Made by a program: the position numbers and the translations under genes. This document shows positions 25,394 to 37,250 of a stretch of DNA of 64,000 nt, piece by piece (within the stretch, counting starts at the first letter, position 1; each line of letters starts with the position of its first letter). A model generated the notes under the pieces. The model was not told the DNA's origin. It did not search any database and was given only the letters and a program-made list of their open reading frames with translations. Source of the stretch: Azolla caroliniana (taxonomy: Eukaryota; Plantae; Polypodiophyta); the NCBI GenBank assembly GCA_043228905.1, contig JBHGNT010000013.1:21142001-21206000 (forward strand). The letters are read 5' to 3'.

Positions 25394-27595
25394 AAAATCC
25401 GAGGATTCGCCTCCGAGACTATCTCTATTCCTTTCATGATTGGCTCGCACTGTTAGGAATTGGACCGATCTTTGGTTGTCAAGACTCTTTATTCGTGCGA
25501 AGGCTGCTCCATTATCGAACACTTTGGTCTCCATCCGAGATGATATGATATAAGGTTGCCCTAGGATGACAGAATGCGACGCCGATTCTTGTACGAAGAA
25601 GTGTTGATCCATCTCCACATCCCCGATCGTGACTTTGACATTGGGACAAGCTCCGTACAAATCCTGCGTAGACTTTGTTGCCGCGCGAATCTTCCATCCG
25701 TGGTTTGTATTGATTGGCCATCTTCCCTTTTTGTAGAAGTCGGTTGACATGAGGTTGATCTCCGAGCCGTGGTCGATCAAGGCTACGACGGTCTCTTTCT
25801 TCTCCCCGATCTTCACCGGCGTCTCCGTTGTCGCTCGTGCCCAATGAGGTCGAGTGTAGTGGCTGTCCACCATATCTTCATCGATTTCGTCTCTTGCCAT
25901 CGTTATGGCATTCGTTTTTGCTTTTTGCGGCTTCTCTTCTTCCTCGTCCGATTGTTGTCTCTTTCTCTTTACAAGGTCCACGATCGTGTCATGGAACTCC
26001 TTCTTCGTAATGCCAAGCAATTCCCTCAAGGACAAAGTTACGTGGCTATCAAGAACTCGTTCTTCGAGAATCTTCTTTAGGTCCGTAGTCTGCTCTATGT
26101 CCGACCTTAGCTTATAGGTAGGTATAGTCCTTGTCCTCCGAGTGGGGTCTTCGACACCAACCTTCACGGGCCGAACCGTTTCTTCAACTCGTATGCTTGG
26201 CTCCCCTTTTCGGCTTGATTCTCGTTCCTCCGTTTGTAAAGGTCGACTCGTCTCCGTATCGTCCTTCTTTTTCGCGTTCCTTGTTTCATGTCTTTTTGAT
26301 GGCCCTTGCTCTTCTATTCTCTTTCTCTTTTCTTTGACGAACACCACGTGGTTGTCGCACATCACCTCTGCGAGTATGGTGTTGTCGTCCACCGGATCCG
26401 ACCACCCGGTTATGCTTTGCACGTTTCGGTCCGCAAGCTCTACCTCGTTCGATGTGACTTTTCCCTTCTTCTCATATTCGAGAACGGAAGTCCAAAACTT
26501 TGCTCCCGCTCTAGCAGCTTCAGTCTTGTCTTTCCCGACTCTTATTCCGGCCGACGCAGCATAGTGCATCGCATCCACATGAGTCGCATCGGCATCCTCC
26601 ATAGATTTCTTCATTCCTCCTCTTCCGAAATTCACCCGTAGGGGTCTTCTAGTCTCGCTTGAGCAGATCATGTTGTCCTCTATGTATACGATATTTTGTC
26701 GAATCGCCTCTCGAAGGCTCGCACAATCCCTTCTCATGTGGTCCATGCTATCGCACCACACGCATCTAAAGGGTTCTTTTCCTTTAGGGCCCCGACGATT
26801 CATGTTGGCTAGCGTGACCTTCTCGAACTTCTTCACTAGCTCTTCAATGATGTCGTCATCAATCTTCTTTTCTTCCACGTTACTTTGTCTCAACGGCTCA
26901 GCTACTTTCGGCGGTCTTGCTTTCTCCGTGGTAGTCGGTCCCGTCATGTCGGTGTCATCAACCCATTGGCGACGTTTGTCGAGCCTATTGCATGCCCGCT
27001 TCACCGCGATCCAGCCTGCTACGAGCCCATTTGCTTGGGTATCATCTTCGAGAAGAGTCCCCAACTCCCGTCTATCCTTTATGTCCACGGCCTTCAAGAA
27101 GTACAAAGTCTTGTCCTCTTCAAGCAATACTTGGTCCGTATTGGGGAGACGACTAAACATCTGGTCGAATTCATCATACACCCTCGAGACGCTCATCTTC
27201 TTATTCTTCTTCTCTATCCACTTCATCAGGGCATGTCGAGTCATCCTCGTTGAGTCTTCAGTCACGAACTCCGCTAGTATCGTTTTCTCGAACTCAGACC
27301 ATGTTGTCTTTCCTTCTTGAAGCTCGATGACGCGTCTTTGGATGTTGTTGGCGACAACTCTCTTGAAGCTTGCGATTTGACGTGCCTCGGACACGTCCCT
27401 TTGATTCATCTCCCTCTTATATGTATCAAGGAACTTCGTAACGTTCCTTCCATCGAATTGGCCCTCGAGCTCTACGACACGATCGACAGCCTTCTCCACG
27501 CTCGCGTCGTTGTCCCGAGATCTCATCATTTGCTGGACGATTAGCATCATCCTTTCGAGCTCTCCTGCTTGGTTGCTTGAGGACGCCATCTCCAA
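25391..27595 (-). CDS. Gypsy Gag-protease
   Basis: Long ORF with CVWCDSMDHMRRDC knuckle and ALIDHGSEINLM aspartic protease. Confidence 0.9.
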   Translation of the reverse strand: MEMASSSNQAGELERMMLIVQQMMRSRDNDASVEKAVDRVVELEGQFDGRNVTKFLDTYKREMNQRDVSEARQIASFKRVVANNIQRRVIELQEGKTTWSEFEKTILAEFVTEDSTRMTRHALMKWIEKKNKKMSVSRVYDEFDQMFSRLPNTDQVLLEEDKTLYFLKAVDIKDRRELGTLLEDDTQANGLVAGWIAVKRACNRLDKRRQWVDDTDMTGPTTTEKARPPKVAEPLRQSNVEEKKIDDDIIEELVKKFEKVTLANMNRRGPKGKEPFRCVWCDSMDHMRRDCASLREAIRQNIVYIEDNMICSSETRRPLRVNFGRGGMKKSMEDADATHVDAMHYAASAGIRVGKDKTEAARAGAKFWTSVLEYEKKGKVTSNEVELADRNVQSITGWSDPVDDNTILAEVMCDNHVVFVKEKRKRIEEQGPSKRHETRNAKKKDDTETSRPLQTEERESSRKGEPSIRVEETVRPVKVGVEDPTRRTRTIPTYKLRSDIEQTTDLKKILEERVLDSHVTLSLRELLGITKKEFHDTIVDLVKRKRQQSDEEEEKPQKAKTNAITMARDEIDEDMVDSHYTRPHWARATTETPVKIGEKKETVVALIDHGSEINLMSTDFYKKGRWPINTNHGWKIRAATKSTQDLYGACPNVKVTIGDVEMDQHFFVQESASHSVILGQPYIISSRMETKVFDNGAAFARIKSLDNQRSVQFLTVRANHERNRDSLGGESSDF

Positions 27596-27630
27596 GTATT
27601 AATCTCTACTTGATCCTTCCTACCGCCTCT

Positions 27631-27648
27631 TTCACGTCGGGTTCACCA
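27631..27648 (-). promoter_or_regulatory. Primer-binding site complementary to tRNA-Trp 3' end
   Basis: The + strand reads TTCACGTCGGGTTCACCA, which matches the 3' end of plant tRNA-Trp as I recall it; 8 nt from the 5' LTR. Confidence 0.85.
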
Positions 27649-28666
27649 CTTAATTATGTCGTGAAGATCCGTCACTACGCGCGGATCGTGAGGCGGAACC
27701 GCCGGGGTTCTGGACCGGAAGGATTCAAAGTCGATACAAGCTTCGGCAAGAAAGTACTTAAGATAGATTGGGAAAGAGAGAAGTTGAGATTACACGATTG
27801 ATTTGAAAACGAATTTCTTCCTCTTAATTTTCATAAAAAAAAAAACCGTGTTTTTCTCCTCCCCCTTCCCTCTTTTATAGATGCTCTCATGCATATGATG
27901 CATGTGAGGGTACAAGACATGCATAAATTGCATGTTTGCCATTTGGCGCTTAAGTATTACATGTGGTGCATGCTAACCATGTCACTCATTTTAGCTCTCA
28001 TGGATGAGAATTTACATGTAAAAGTACAATGATAGAAATATAATTTCAACTAAATACCATGGCTTAATGGTAAGCCATTTGACTCCTAACTTGGAGGTGC
28101 AAGGTTCGAATCTATACTTGCCCTCCTTGTATATGTAAATATGTATATATTTTTATATATTTATTTTATCTAGTCATCGCCGGATACCGTCATCGGATGC
28201 CGTCGCCGAATACCGATGCCAACGTCGGATGCCAACGCCGGATACCGGTGCCGCATGCTGCGGTCGGATCACCGGCTCCATCGCCGGTCCGGTTTTGGTT
28301 GGCCAAAACCCTTTTCGAGTAGCTAGCCACCTCCACTCTAAGTTCAAGTTACCTTGAACTCTCTATGCTCCACACATAGACACAAAGATAATATCTTTTG
28401 CTCCACCTTATATATGATGAGAGCCGTATTTGTCGTGCCTATGTGGGATATCCCACAATTTTCTCTTTTCTTTTCACAAACTTTATACCCTCATATCTTG
28501 ACATTTAGTTGTCTATTTCTCGTGTAATAAAGTGCATTCGAAACCTCCATCATTTTGTACTTAGATATTAAAAATGTTATCTTCACAATTATTGTATTAC
28601 GTGATTCATACTCGATTTTGTACGTTTTATGGGATTTTCACACTATTGCCGAAAATCTTCACGACA

Positions 28667-29093
28667 CCGTGACAAAATCTGTCCAGGTATCGGGCAATTT
28701 CCCCATAGTACGGAGCCCACACCACCAGGTGGCGGCCTTACCCCCGAGTTCTCGGCCGACATATGCAATCTTCGTACTATCTGGCATGGGATAGAGCTCA
28801 AAATGAGACTCCCATCGTCCCAGCCATGTGCAGATTGTTTCTTCAGTTCTTTCCTTTTTGTCTCCCGTAAATGGCTTAACGACAAATGATGGTTCGCCTT
28901 GTCGCTCATCAGGTCTATTAGTCTCACGTTGTAGAATAATGACACGTGCCTCAAGAGCACTCTGAGATTGCCGAAGTTCGGTCATTTGTTGCACGGTGAA
29001 ACTAAGGTATTGGCTTATTTGTGCCAAATACATCTCAGTGGACATTTGTCCAGGAGGATTCCCTTGAGTTCCTTCCGCTTGAGCGGATGACAT
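28667..29093 (-). pseudogene. Chromovirus gag 5' part, split by the nested Gypsy
   Basis: Removing 21124-28666 and one CCGT restores ...DFVTVFKGQF in frame with 20503..21123. Confidence 0.85.
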
Positions 29094-30316
29094 CGGGTCG
29101 TTAATTTGCGCCCTTAAAGATTATTTCTAGAAAAGAAATAGGATAAGGTCAGAGAGATAGTCATAACATCATGTCGTGATGTAAACATATCATGGGCAAA
29201 CATTAATCGATATCATGATCTCACGTCAATACCCCTCTAGAAGTATGAGATGAGGTTCAAGATCAGGTTACTATGGTAACACAAAGGTGTTTTAAAAACC
29301 ATGGGGGTGACAATTTAATGTCTTTCCCTGATCTCTATATCGATTTTTTCATGGCGGCTCCCCGAGGCTCAACCATGTATGTTCGCGTCATGAGTAGTTT
29401 ATACACGAAAAAAATGTTAACAATAAACTATGTTTCCTTGCCCACATATGTGGTTTCGGCTCTTTAAGTCCTGTTACGAGGACCCCAAGGTGCACTTAGA
29501 CCTTAAGTCTAAACATGTGTTATAGTTGTATGTATCAAGGATGTTGTATGGTCTTGGTCATATTTGAACTCGAGACCTCGAGAACAAATACATTAAACAC
29601 TTGAGCCAACCAAGTGAGTTGCTCTTCTCGAATGCTTAAAGTTTGATGCATATAAGAGATATGCAAGGCATTTGATCATATATGTTTTTTTTGAAAGAAC
29701 ATATATGTCAAGGGTCCTTATTTCGCCCTCATTTACCAAAACTATGTTGGTACGTTACCTAACCTCAAGTCTCGTAATTACGATGGCATACGCCAAAGTG
29801 CAACCTAATGGTCAAGCCAAATGAGCCCTTGTTTCGTAGTAGGCCCACGTGGCCCATCACATGGTCACGTCATTACGATGCCACCATGTAACGAGGGAGG
29901 GATGTTGGATACGTGTGTCATTGGAGCGACCTCACTTGAAGTGGGTCAAACCCTACGTACTCAACATCATTATGGCTATAGGCGTTTCTTTACGTAACGA
30001 AATCGAGGTCATCAACGGGGTTGTCAACAATAAAAAATTGTTGAAAAAGGGATGGTGACAACTTTCGATATAATCACGTAATAACGAATATACACATATG
30101 TTTACGTGACCACATATGCCTATATTAAACATATCGCTATATTAAATAGCCACAAATTATGTGATCAAGATACGTAATCGAGATATATACCTCTACGCAC
30201 AGGAAACATCCACAAATAAGAGATCATCGTAATACGCAATTGAGGTATTGACCTCTTACGCATACGAGACCAAACACATATCCTTTACAACAAATCAAGG
30301 TATTAAACTCATACGA

Positions 30317-31221
30317 TGTCGCAGTGTAATTCGCACACTACGGGAAAAATTACATTTTTGGTCTCTCCGAATAGGACATGGAGTACCTGGTGAGAACCGG
30401 AAGAAGAAAACTAGCAAGCACCAGATGAAGCAGAACCGGAAAGAGTCGGATGAAGAAGGCCGGTGAGAGTCGGTGAGAAACGGACGAAAAGATCGGTAAG
30501 GAGGTCCCGGTAAGAACCGGACAAAGAAAACTAGCAAGCACCGGATGAAGCAGAACCAGAAAGAGCCGGATGAAGAAGGCCAGTGAGAGTCTCTCACCGG
30601 ATGAAGAGACATATTAGTAAATAGAAGAAAGTATAAAAATATATATTACATGCATAGGGCAAGATTCGAACCTTGCACCTCCATGTTAATAATGTTAAGC
30701 CTTATCATTATACTAGCATATTATGAATTTTAAAGTTATACTAAACTTTATCCCATGTAAAATTTCTAGACATGCATGGTACAAAAAGTTATTCATGCAT
30801 AGACACTTGAGTTAGAAGAAAACATGAGATAAAAAGCTAGTCATGCACATGCAGTGTGCATGAAAACTAAAGATAGGAAAAGCATGATGCTTGCATGTGA
30901 TAAACTTAGACTCTTCCAACACTATATAAGGAAGGGAGAAAGATGTATAGAGGTTGTTGATTATTTTACAAGGATTTTGATCAATCTAATATATTCGTGG
31001 GATTCACGATTTTTTTTCCATCTATTTCTCTCTTACATTCTAAGTATCAATTAATACACTATACTCGTGGGATTCACGAGTTTCATATCTTCTTTCAAAT
31101 ATTTCTCTTTCCTGCAATCGATTCATAAGGAGCCTTATCTCATATTCTTCTTTCTCCTAGTCCAAAACCTCAGCGGTTCCCACCCGACTCACGCAACGAT
31201 CCGGAGCCGAAAGGCACGACA
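30317..31221 (+). mobile_element. Solo LTR of a more distant relative of the tRNA-Trp Gypsy, opposite orientation, in the chromovirus leader
   Basis: TGTCG...CACGACA termini; reverse complement shares ggaaccgctg(a/g)ggtt(t/c)tggac and ggaggtgcaaggttcgaatct with the 21124 LTR; flanks ACGA/ACGC; internal ~120-bp duplication 30385-30600. Confidence 0.7.
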
Positions 31222-31994
31222 ACGCAAACGTAACATATGTTCATGAACGTAATATGTAATTGAGGTATTAACCTCGTACGCATACGACACTCATCACATA
31301 TTATTTATATGTCAAACGAGGTATTGACCTCGTGCACATATGTAAACGTTTTAGATAATCAATTAAAGACCACTACAACATCATTGACTTAATGAAAAAA
31401 AATGACATATAGACTAAACACATGATTAGATGGGAGAAGAGAGAATAGAAAAAAAAATTACGGAAAGAGTTACCGAAGTTCTTTGTTGATCGTTGTTTGG
31501 ATCAAGGCCGACCGCACATCGATCGATCACCATCAATCAAAAGACAAAAGACAAACAAAGAAACATTAGTACATGGCTCTGATACCAAATATTAGAGATC
31601 TAGGTACTAAAGTAAGCTTAAGATAAGGATAAACTAATGATAGATAGAAAGGAGAAAGAGAAAGAAGGGTGTTGATCCACCCGACCACCCCCGAGCGAAG
31701 GGATCGAGACGGACTCGAGCCTCGATCGGCGTCCCATACCACCGTCGTGGCGTCGAGTCGTACCTGGTGCTGGCGCGCTCGCTACAAGAGTTGACCCACC
31801 ACAAGAGCAGAGTCTCGATGTAGTCAAAAGATGATGAAATGAGGGTAGTTAGGCCTCTTATTTATAGCGATACCCAAGGCCCCCATGCAAGTTCACACTT
31901 GACCTAATGGGTTGTCTCAATCCCGAGGATTAAAAGTAATCCTCCCCTTCTTTACACTCTCGTTTAACCCTCACACTTATCCACGTGTATAGAA

Positions 31995-32386
31995 CATAGT
32001 TCCTAATATTCGCGTACGTCCAATTTACTGGACGTACGCAAACGTTTGCAAACGTACGCGTATGATACGCGATATTCGTTTGGCTTTTTTTTTTTTTTTT
32101 GACTTTTTTTTTGTTTTTTTAATTTTTGATATTCATAATATTTTGTGAATAGAAGTGACATCTGACACACATACACACACACTCTCTCTCTCTCTCACAC
32201 GAGAACTGACAGATTTTCTCTCTCTACAAAATCTAGATATCTAATATACATATTACATACTCCCTCACACAGTCAAAACCCATAGCTCCTCTCTCTCTCT
32301 CTCTCTCTCTCTCTAGAGTCTAGATATACACTCAATCACTGTCTCCTCACACATGCAAAACAGGGCTTCTCTCTCTAGACCACACA

Positions 32387-32449
<63 letters not shown>

Positions 32450-32615
32450 CTCACACACACACACACTATGTACACCATATACACCATATGTATATATAAT
32501 ATATCTAAGTACCGCGTATGGATTTCAATCATACTTGGAGCCTTTTCACGTATGAGTATGATACGAATATTGGCGTTTGAGTATGACACGAATGGGACGT
32601 ATGGCTAGAACTATG
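31995..32615. mobile_element. Non-autonomous hAT-type MITE in the chromovirus 5' LTR
   Basis: TIR CATAGTTC...GAACTATG; perfect 8-bp TSD GTATAGAA (31987-31994/32616-32623); absent from the sister LTR. Confidence 0.92.
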
Positions 32616-32893
32616 GTATAGAATACTACGGTAAATTCTCACCACGGGATATTGAATGGTCATGCCCGTAACACAACTTGTAAACATCTCTCTTTAAAAT
32701 CTAATTAACAAGCATACACAACAAAAATCTAATTGACAAGGACATAGAACGAAATGAAATCGTTTTCTTTTTCTTACCTCAGATGTATTACTCCATACAT
32801 CTCTCTTAATTTACTAGATACCACCACTATGGAATGTAAGGGTTGAACCCATGAAATTCTAGTCTCCATTACACAACCTTACCAAACAAGCTA

Positions 32894-32939
<46 letters not shown>

Positions 32940-32944
32940 GTGAA

Positions 32945-33425
32945 AACACACAATTATATTAATAAATGTGTGTGAAAAACACTATTTACAATGGGTGTGA
33001 CAACGGAGTATGGCCACCCACTAACTACACTACATGGGTAGTGGAACATGTTGAATTGCCAAAAGGCAAGATGAACACTCCATTGAGGAAAGAATTTCCA
33101 TTTCCTCCAATAAAGAAAATTGACACATTAGTACTCCCTTCAACTTCTGTAGATATGCTTTCACTCCATGTCTACCATCAAATACAAAAGCATTGTGCAT
33201 GTCCCAATTATGACGCAATCCCCAATATCTCAGAAATAGGAAAACAATCTCCATCTCTGATTTTGGGTCAACCTGTGTAAATTGTGCAAACACCCACTGT
33301 CTAGCTATCAAATAACATTGTGATAAAACTTCCCAAATTTGAGAAATGTAACTCCAAATCTGACAAGCAATCGGACATTTTATAAATTGATGAGTATTAT
33401 CTTCCATTTGAACAATGCAAAAGAA
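32945..33425 (-). mobile_element. LINE ORF2 3' (zf-RVT-like) fragment flanked by (CT)n tracts
   Basis: ORF 33030..33503 contains EDNTHQFIKCPIACQIW, like the LINE C-terminal H-x3-C motif. Confidence 0.55.
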
Positions 33426-33428
33426 GCG

Positions 33429-33469
<41 letters not shown>

Positions 33470-35391
33470 AGCATACAATTGTTTTAATGTATGTTAAATC
33501 CACTTGTTACAACTTCTTAGTCAATTATTGAAACTTTCCATTAGGGTGTACCTTGATAATAGCTTTTCTAATATACATCCTTTCACCTTTAATGTTTCAC
33601 TAGGAAGCTATTATTGACAATGGATTCATGATTTCGTTAATATGCAAACATTTCGCACCATGACCTACATTGGGGTTTTCTTTATAAAGTTGATGAATTG
33701 AATATCCACGTAGCATATGACATGACAAATGTTATATGATCCTTTGATGTGAAATTTGATTAATGTATTTTGAGATCACGTGGAAATGATCTAGATAGCT
33801 ACAAAGTTTTTATGTCCAACATGCTACAATAAAGATTTGAACAAATTAGACGAATTCACAAGACTAGGTACAAATGTTATCTTTTTGGGAACAATTCAGG
33901 TGTAGTAAAAACTCAAGAAGAATACAAAAGGAGGAAGATGATCATTTATTATGAGGACGAGCATTTGTTTCATGGATGAATCTTAGAGACTCTCTTCATA
34001 GGAAGGGATGAACTTTAGAGAATGTAAGCTTAGTGTGCATTTGTAAAGTTTGAATAATTGGGAACCACATAATATTCTTATAAATGAATATGTCACAATA
34101 TATGGGCATGAATATCGTCTTTCTATAACATTACATGGGTTTATGTAGATAATATTTTTTAGCAATGGATTACATATTCTTTCTATAGTGTTAAGAGGCT
34201 TTTTAAGTAAATGTTACATTTATGCTTAACACTAGAAGCTATGAAAAACATATCGTGGATTTATGAGAATATATTGCATTTATACCTTTGGACAATTAAC
34301 TATTTGTTTAGAATGTTAATAGAAGCACGACCTGTAAAATTCACATGTTTCAACATTGCACATTCCATGATATTGTAGTTTACATGTCAAATTCTAAAGT
34401 TATTCTAAACATTTAGAGACAAGTTGAGGTACTTCATGTGAACGCATCACATGCTAAATGTAAGTGCAATGCCTTTTAGATACACATGAACTAGTTTGCA
34501 AAACATTTCAAGTCCTCCAAATTTGATTGGTAATGGGGTAATATCATTGTCATCTATGTGCAACCAGAATAATTGTTTCTATTATATCAATTACATCATC
34601 TAAAACAAATTTAAACCCAATCAATTCTCTTATTAACTAACTGTAATATTCAAAAATGACAAATTGGTCTCCCTAATTTTCCTTACAAACTCATCAATTT
34701 GGCCCACAGAAATGAATGAATATAATATACCCATAAGCTCTAAATGAAAGTTTTCCAACGTTAGTGGATTGGAAGCTGCAGTATAAGGCCATTGGTTTCA
34801 AGTCTCCAACCATCACATTTGATGTTGTATTGACCATCGAACTAATTACATTATAAAAAAGACAAATGTTTATTTACATCAACCATTGTTTGTCTCTTGA
34901 AAAGCGTTTAAAGATTAACTTGTTATAATGCAATGCATTGTCTTATTAGAATTCAATTATCGTCACTTTGCTATCCATTTGTGTTAAGTGTCAAGGCGTA
35001 GAATATTTCAAATGTACCAAAAACAAAGAAGAAACATATACAAAATGAAAAAGTCAATTTATCAATTTAATAACAATAAATGCCACAAGTCTTAGGTTTC
35101 AACATTTCAGATAAATATGATATTTGCAACTCAATTTTCAAACATATTTGCCTATCACAAACTATATTGCCAAGTAATGGTCAACAACCGATATTAATAG
35201 CTAATGGAACCTACTAGTGAATGCATGTTGCCTGATTTAGTTTCACCTTAATGATATTTTTCATTTCCTCATATAACATTAAACCATTAAAAGCATGCCA
35301 ACAATCTTAAAATGAGCTATGAGATAGGTCCCTCTGAAAAAATATTGTTCTACTTTAAAATGTCAATACATCAATACTATTAATATAATAA

Positions 35392-37250
35392 TAGATCCCG
35401 GCCCGATCGAAGTAAAACCAGAATGGCACATATGTGTTGTCCCTAAACAAGACCAACCCAAAACCAGCCCCACAACGAGTTGGCACAGGCTCATGAAGTC
35501 CCGATTGAAGTTGGCACAAGCATAACCCAAGCAGGGTTTGGGTTGGGACAGTCCCATGCAGCCGTTAATCCCAACCAAAGTTGGGACACAAGAAAGGAAC
35601 TAGTCCTAATCTCATTCCCAGTTCCAGTCCCAAAAAAGGTGTGCCTCCCTTGGGTTGGGACTCACAAAAGACCCAATCCTAGACCCTGCTATAAAAGCAA
35701 CGCCTCCCTGGGTTGGGGAAAACCAATCCCAACATCCCAATCTCAATGACTAATGCTAGGGGAGGCCAAGGGCCGCCTCTTGGCATAAGAGTTTATGATA
35801 AATAATCATAGTTTTGGCGATATCTCTTGTCCCAACTATGTTTTGAGATCATTTCGAGACCCCCATGTTTTAGGGTCATCACACATATGTGCTTAATATG
35901 AAAACACATGGCTACATAACGTCAGTTGGTACCCTTTTCAATGGACATGGCACAATCCTTATGCAGCCCAAGGAAGCAAAGTCATCCCTTTCTTCCAATT
36001 CACGACAAGATTGGGAGCCACATCCTAGTTGCTCAAACCGACAAAGAACTAGTTGGAGGGAAGTTTTGGCAGCAATTATGGAAACAACAACACGCTAGGC
36101 GAATTACCTTGTTTTAATGGCTATTAATACGTAGGTCATTGCCGATTGGAGCGTGGATGCGTGGGTCCTTAGCTCTCCTAATGGTGTAGTGTGCCCAATG
36201 GAATAGAATTAATTGGACACGATCAGTGGGATTGCCTAGAGACCCATCGAATATGGTGTGGGGTTGGCCGACTATTGCAATTATGCCAAGTGCAAGGCAC
36301 CATCAATTGAGAGAATATATGTTGGTTATCATGACATGTCCCAATTAACAGATACGAACATCTGGAGGAGGAATGACGTTTGTGATAAAGGTACAGGAGA
36401 ATTTTTTTTCCACCACTAACAATATTCACTCAACTCCCATCAATGCCTAAGCTCAAGTCACATGTTGGAATTGGTCAACCCAATAATACTATAGACTTTC
36501 TAGAAACAACATTGTAAGTGGGTATTCTCCAATCACACCGTACACCAAGCGATATTATCGTAGGAGATATGGAGTGAAGTTATAACCAAGTTAAAGAGCC
36601 AATATGATGGCATCACGGGCGGATCTGGTGGAGCCGAAACAATTAGCCTTTATCCAACAATGATAGTCCTTTCCCTTTTGTTGAGAATCAAGCTAAACCT
36701 AGTGCAACGTGTGAACACACCTTTTGAGAATCTATTATTACTCAAAGATAAAGAGTCACACCACTACTCTCTACACATTAACTATGTGTCATAGAATCAT
36801 ATTCTATGACACATAACTAATGAGTTACATATTCCCCATGACTATGAGTCTTCACATTCGTGGTTGTTATAGTTAGTTAATGAAGAGCGAGGGTGACTAT
36901 ATAAAGCACCCTCCTCCTACTCCATACTAAATTGGTAGTGACTCCTTGTAATGCTACATTTTGTATTTGCTATTCTACTTGTAAATATACACCTTCTTCT
37001 TGACTATTCCTTTTTCTATCTATCTTGTGTTCTCTCTTCTCTCCTCTTAGAATTCCTCTCACACTTACACATAACGCACATCTTTTCTGCTACACAAGAA
37101 TCATACTCGATTCTTTACACCTTTCTTTAGTAAGTGGGCCTCCACATAAGATGGAACTATTGAGTCTCTTCTGGGATTTGTATATAACATTCTCACCTGT
37201 AAAATTGTATATCAAATGGAAGGGGTTTTGGTTTTGGAAAAATAAAGACT
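35392..37250 (+). mobile_element. Composite insertion upstream of copy B: LINE 3' fragment containing a degenerate solo LTR (~36679-37198)
   Basis: Absent from the paralogous spacer (45160-45175 is contiguous); KSQYDGITGGS segment and tail match 41625-41890 in reverse; TGTTGAGAAT...ATTCTCAC termini with TATA. Confidence 0.6.

Larger units (their letters stand above)
21124..28666 (-). mobile_element. Nested non-chromovirus Ty3/Gypsy, tRNA-Trp primed, 4-bp TSD
   Basis: LTRs 21124-22116 and 27657-28666 (TG...CA, near identical apart from a short indel); TSD CCGT; PBS 27631-27648; PPT tctacccccacc at 22117. Confidence 0.94.
16758..32673 (-). mobile_element. Ty3/Gypsy chromovirus-type LTR retrotransposon hosting nested insertions
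   Basis: LTRs 16758-17212 (455 bp) and 31590-32673 (455 bp after removing the MITE and one TSD copy); TSD CAACT at 16753-16757/32674-32678; tRNA-Met PBS ggctctgatacca ending 31587; PPT next to 17213. Confidence 0.93.
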
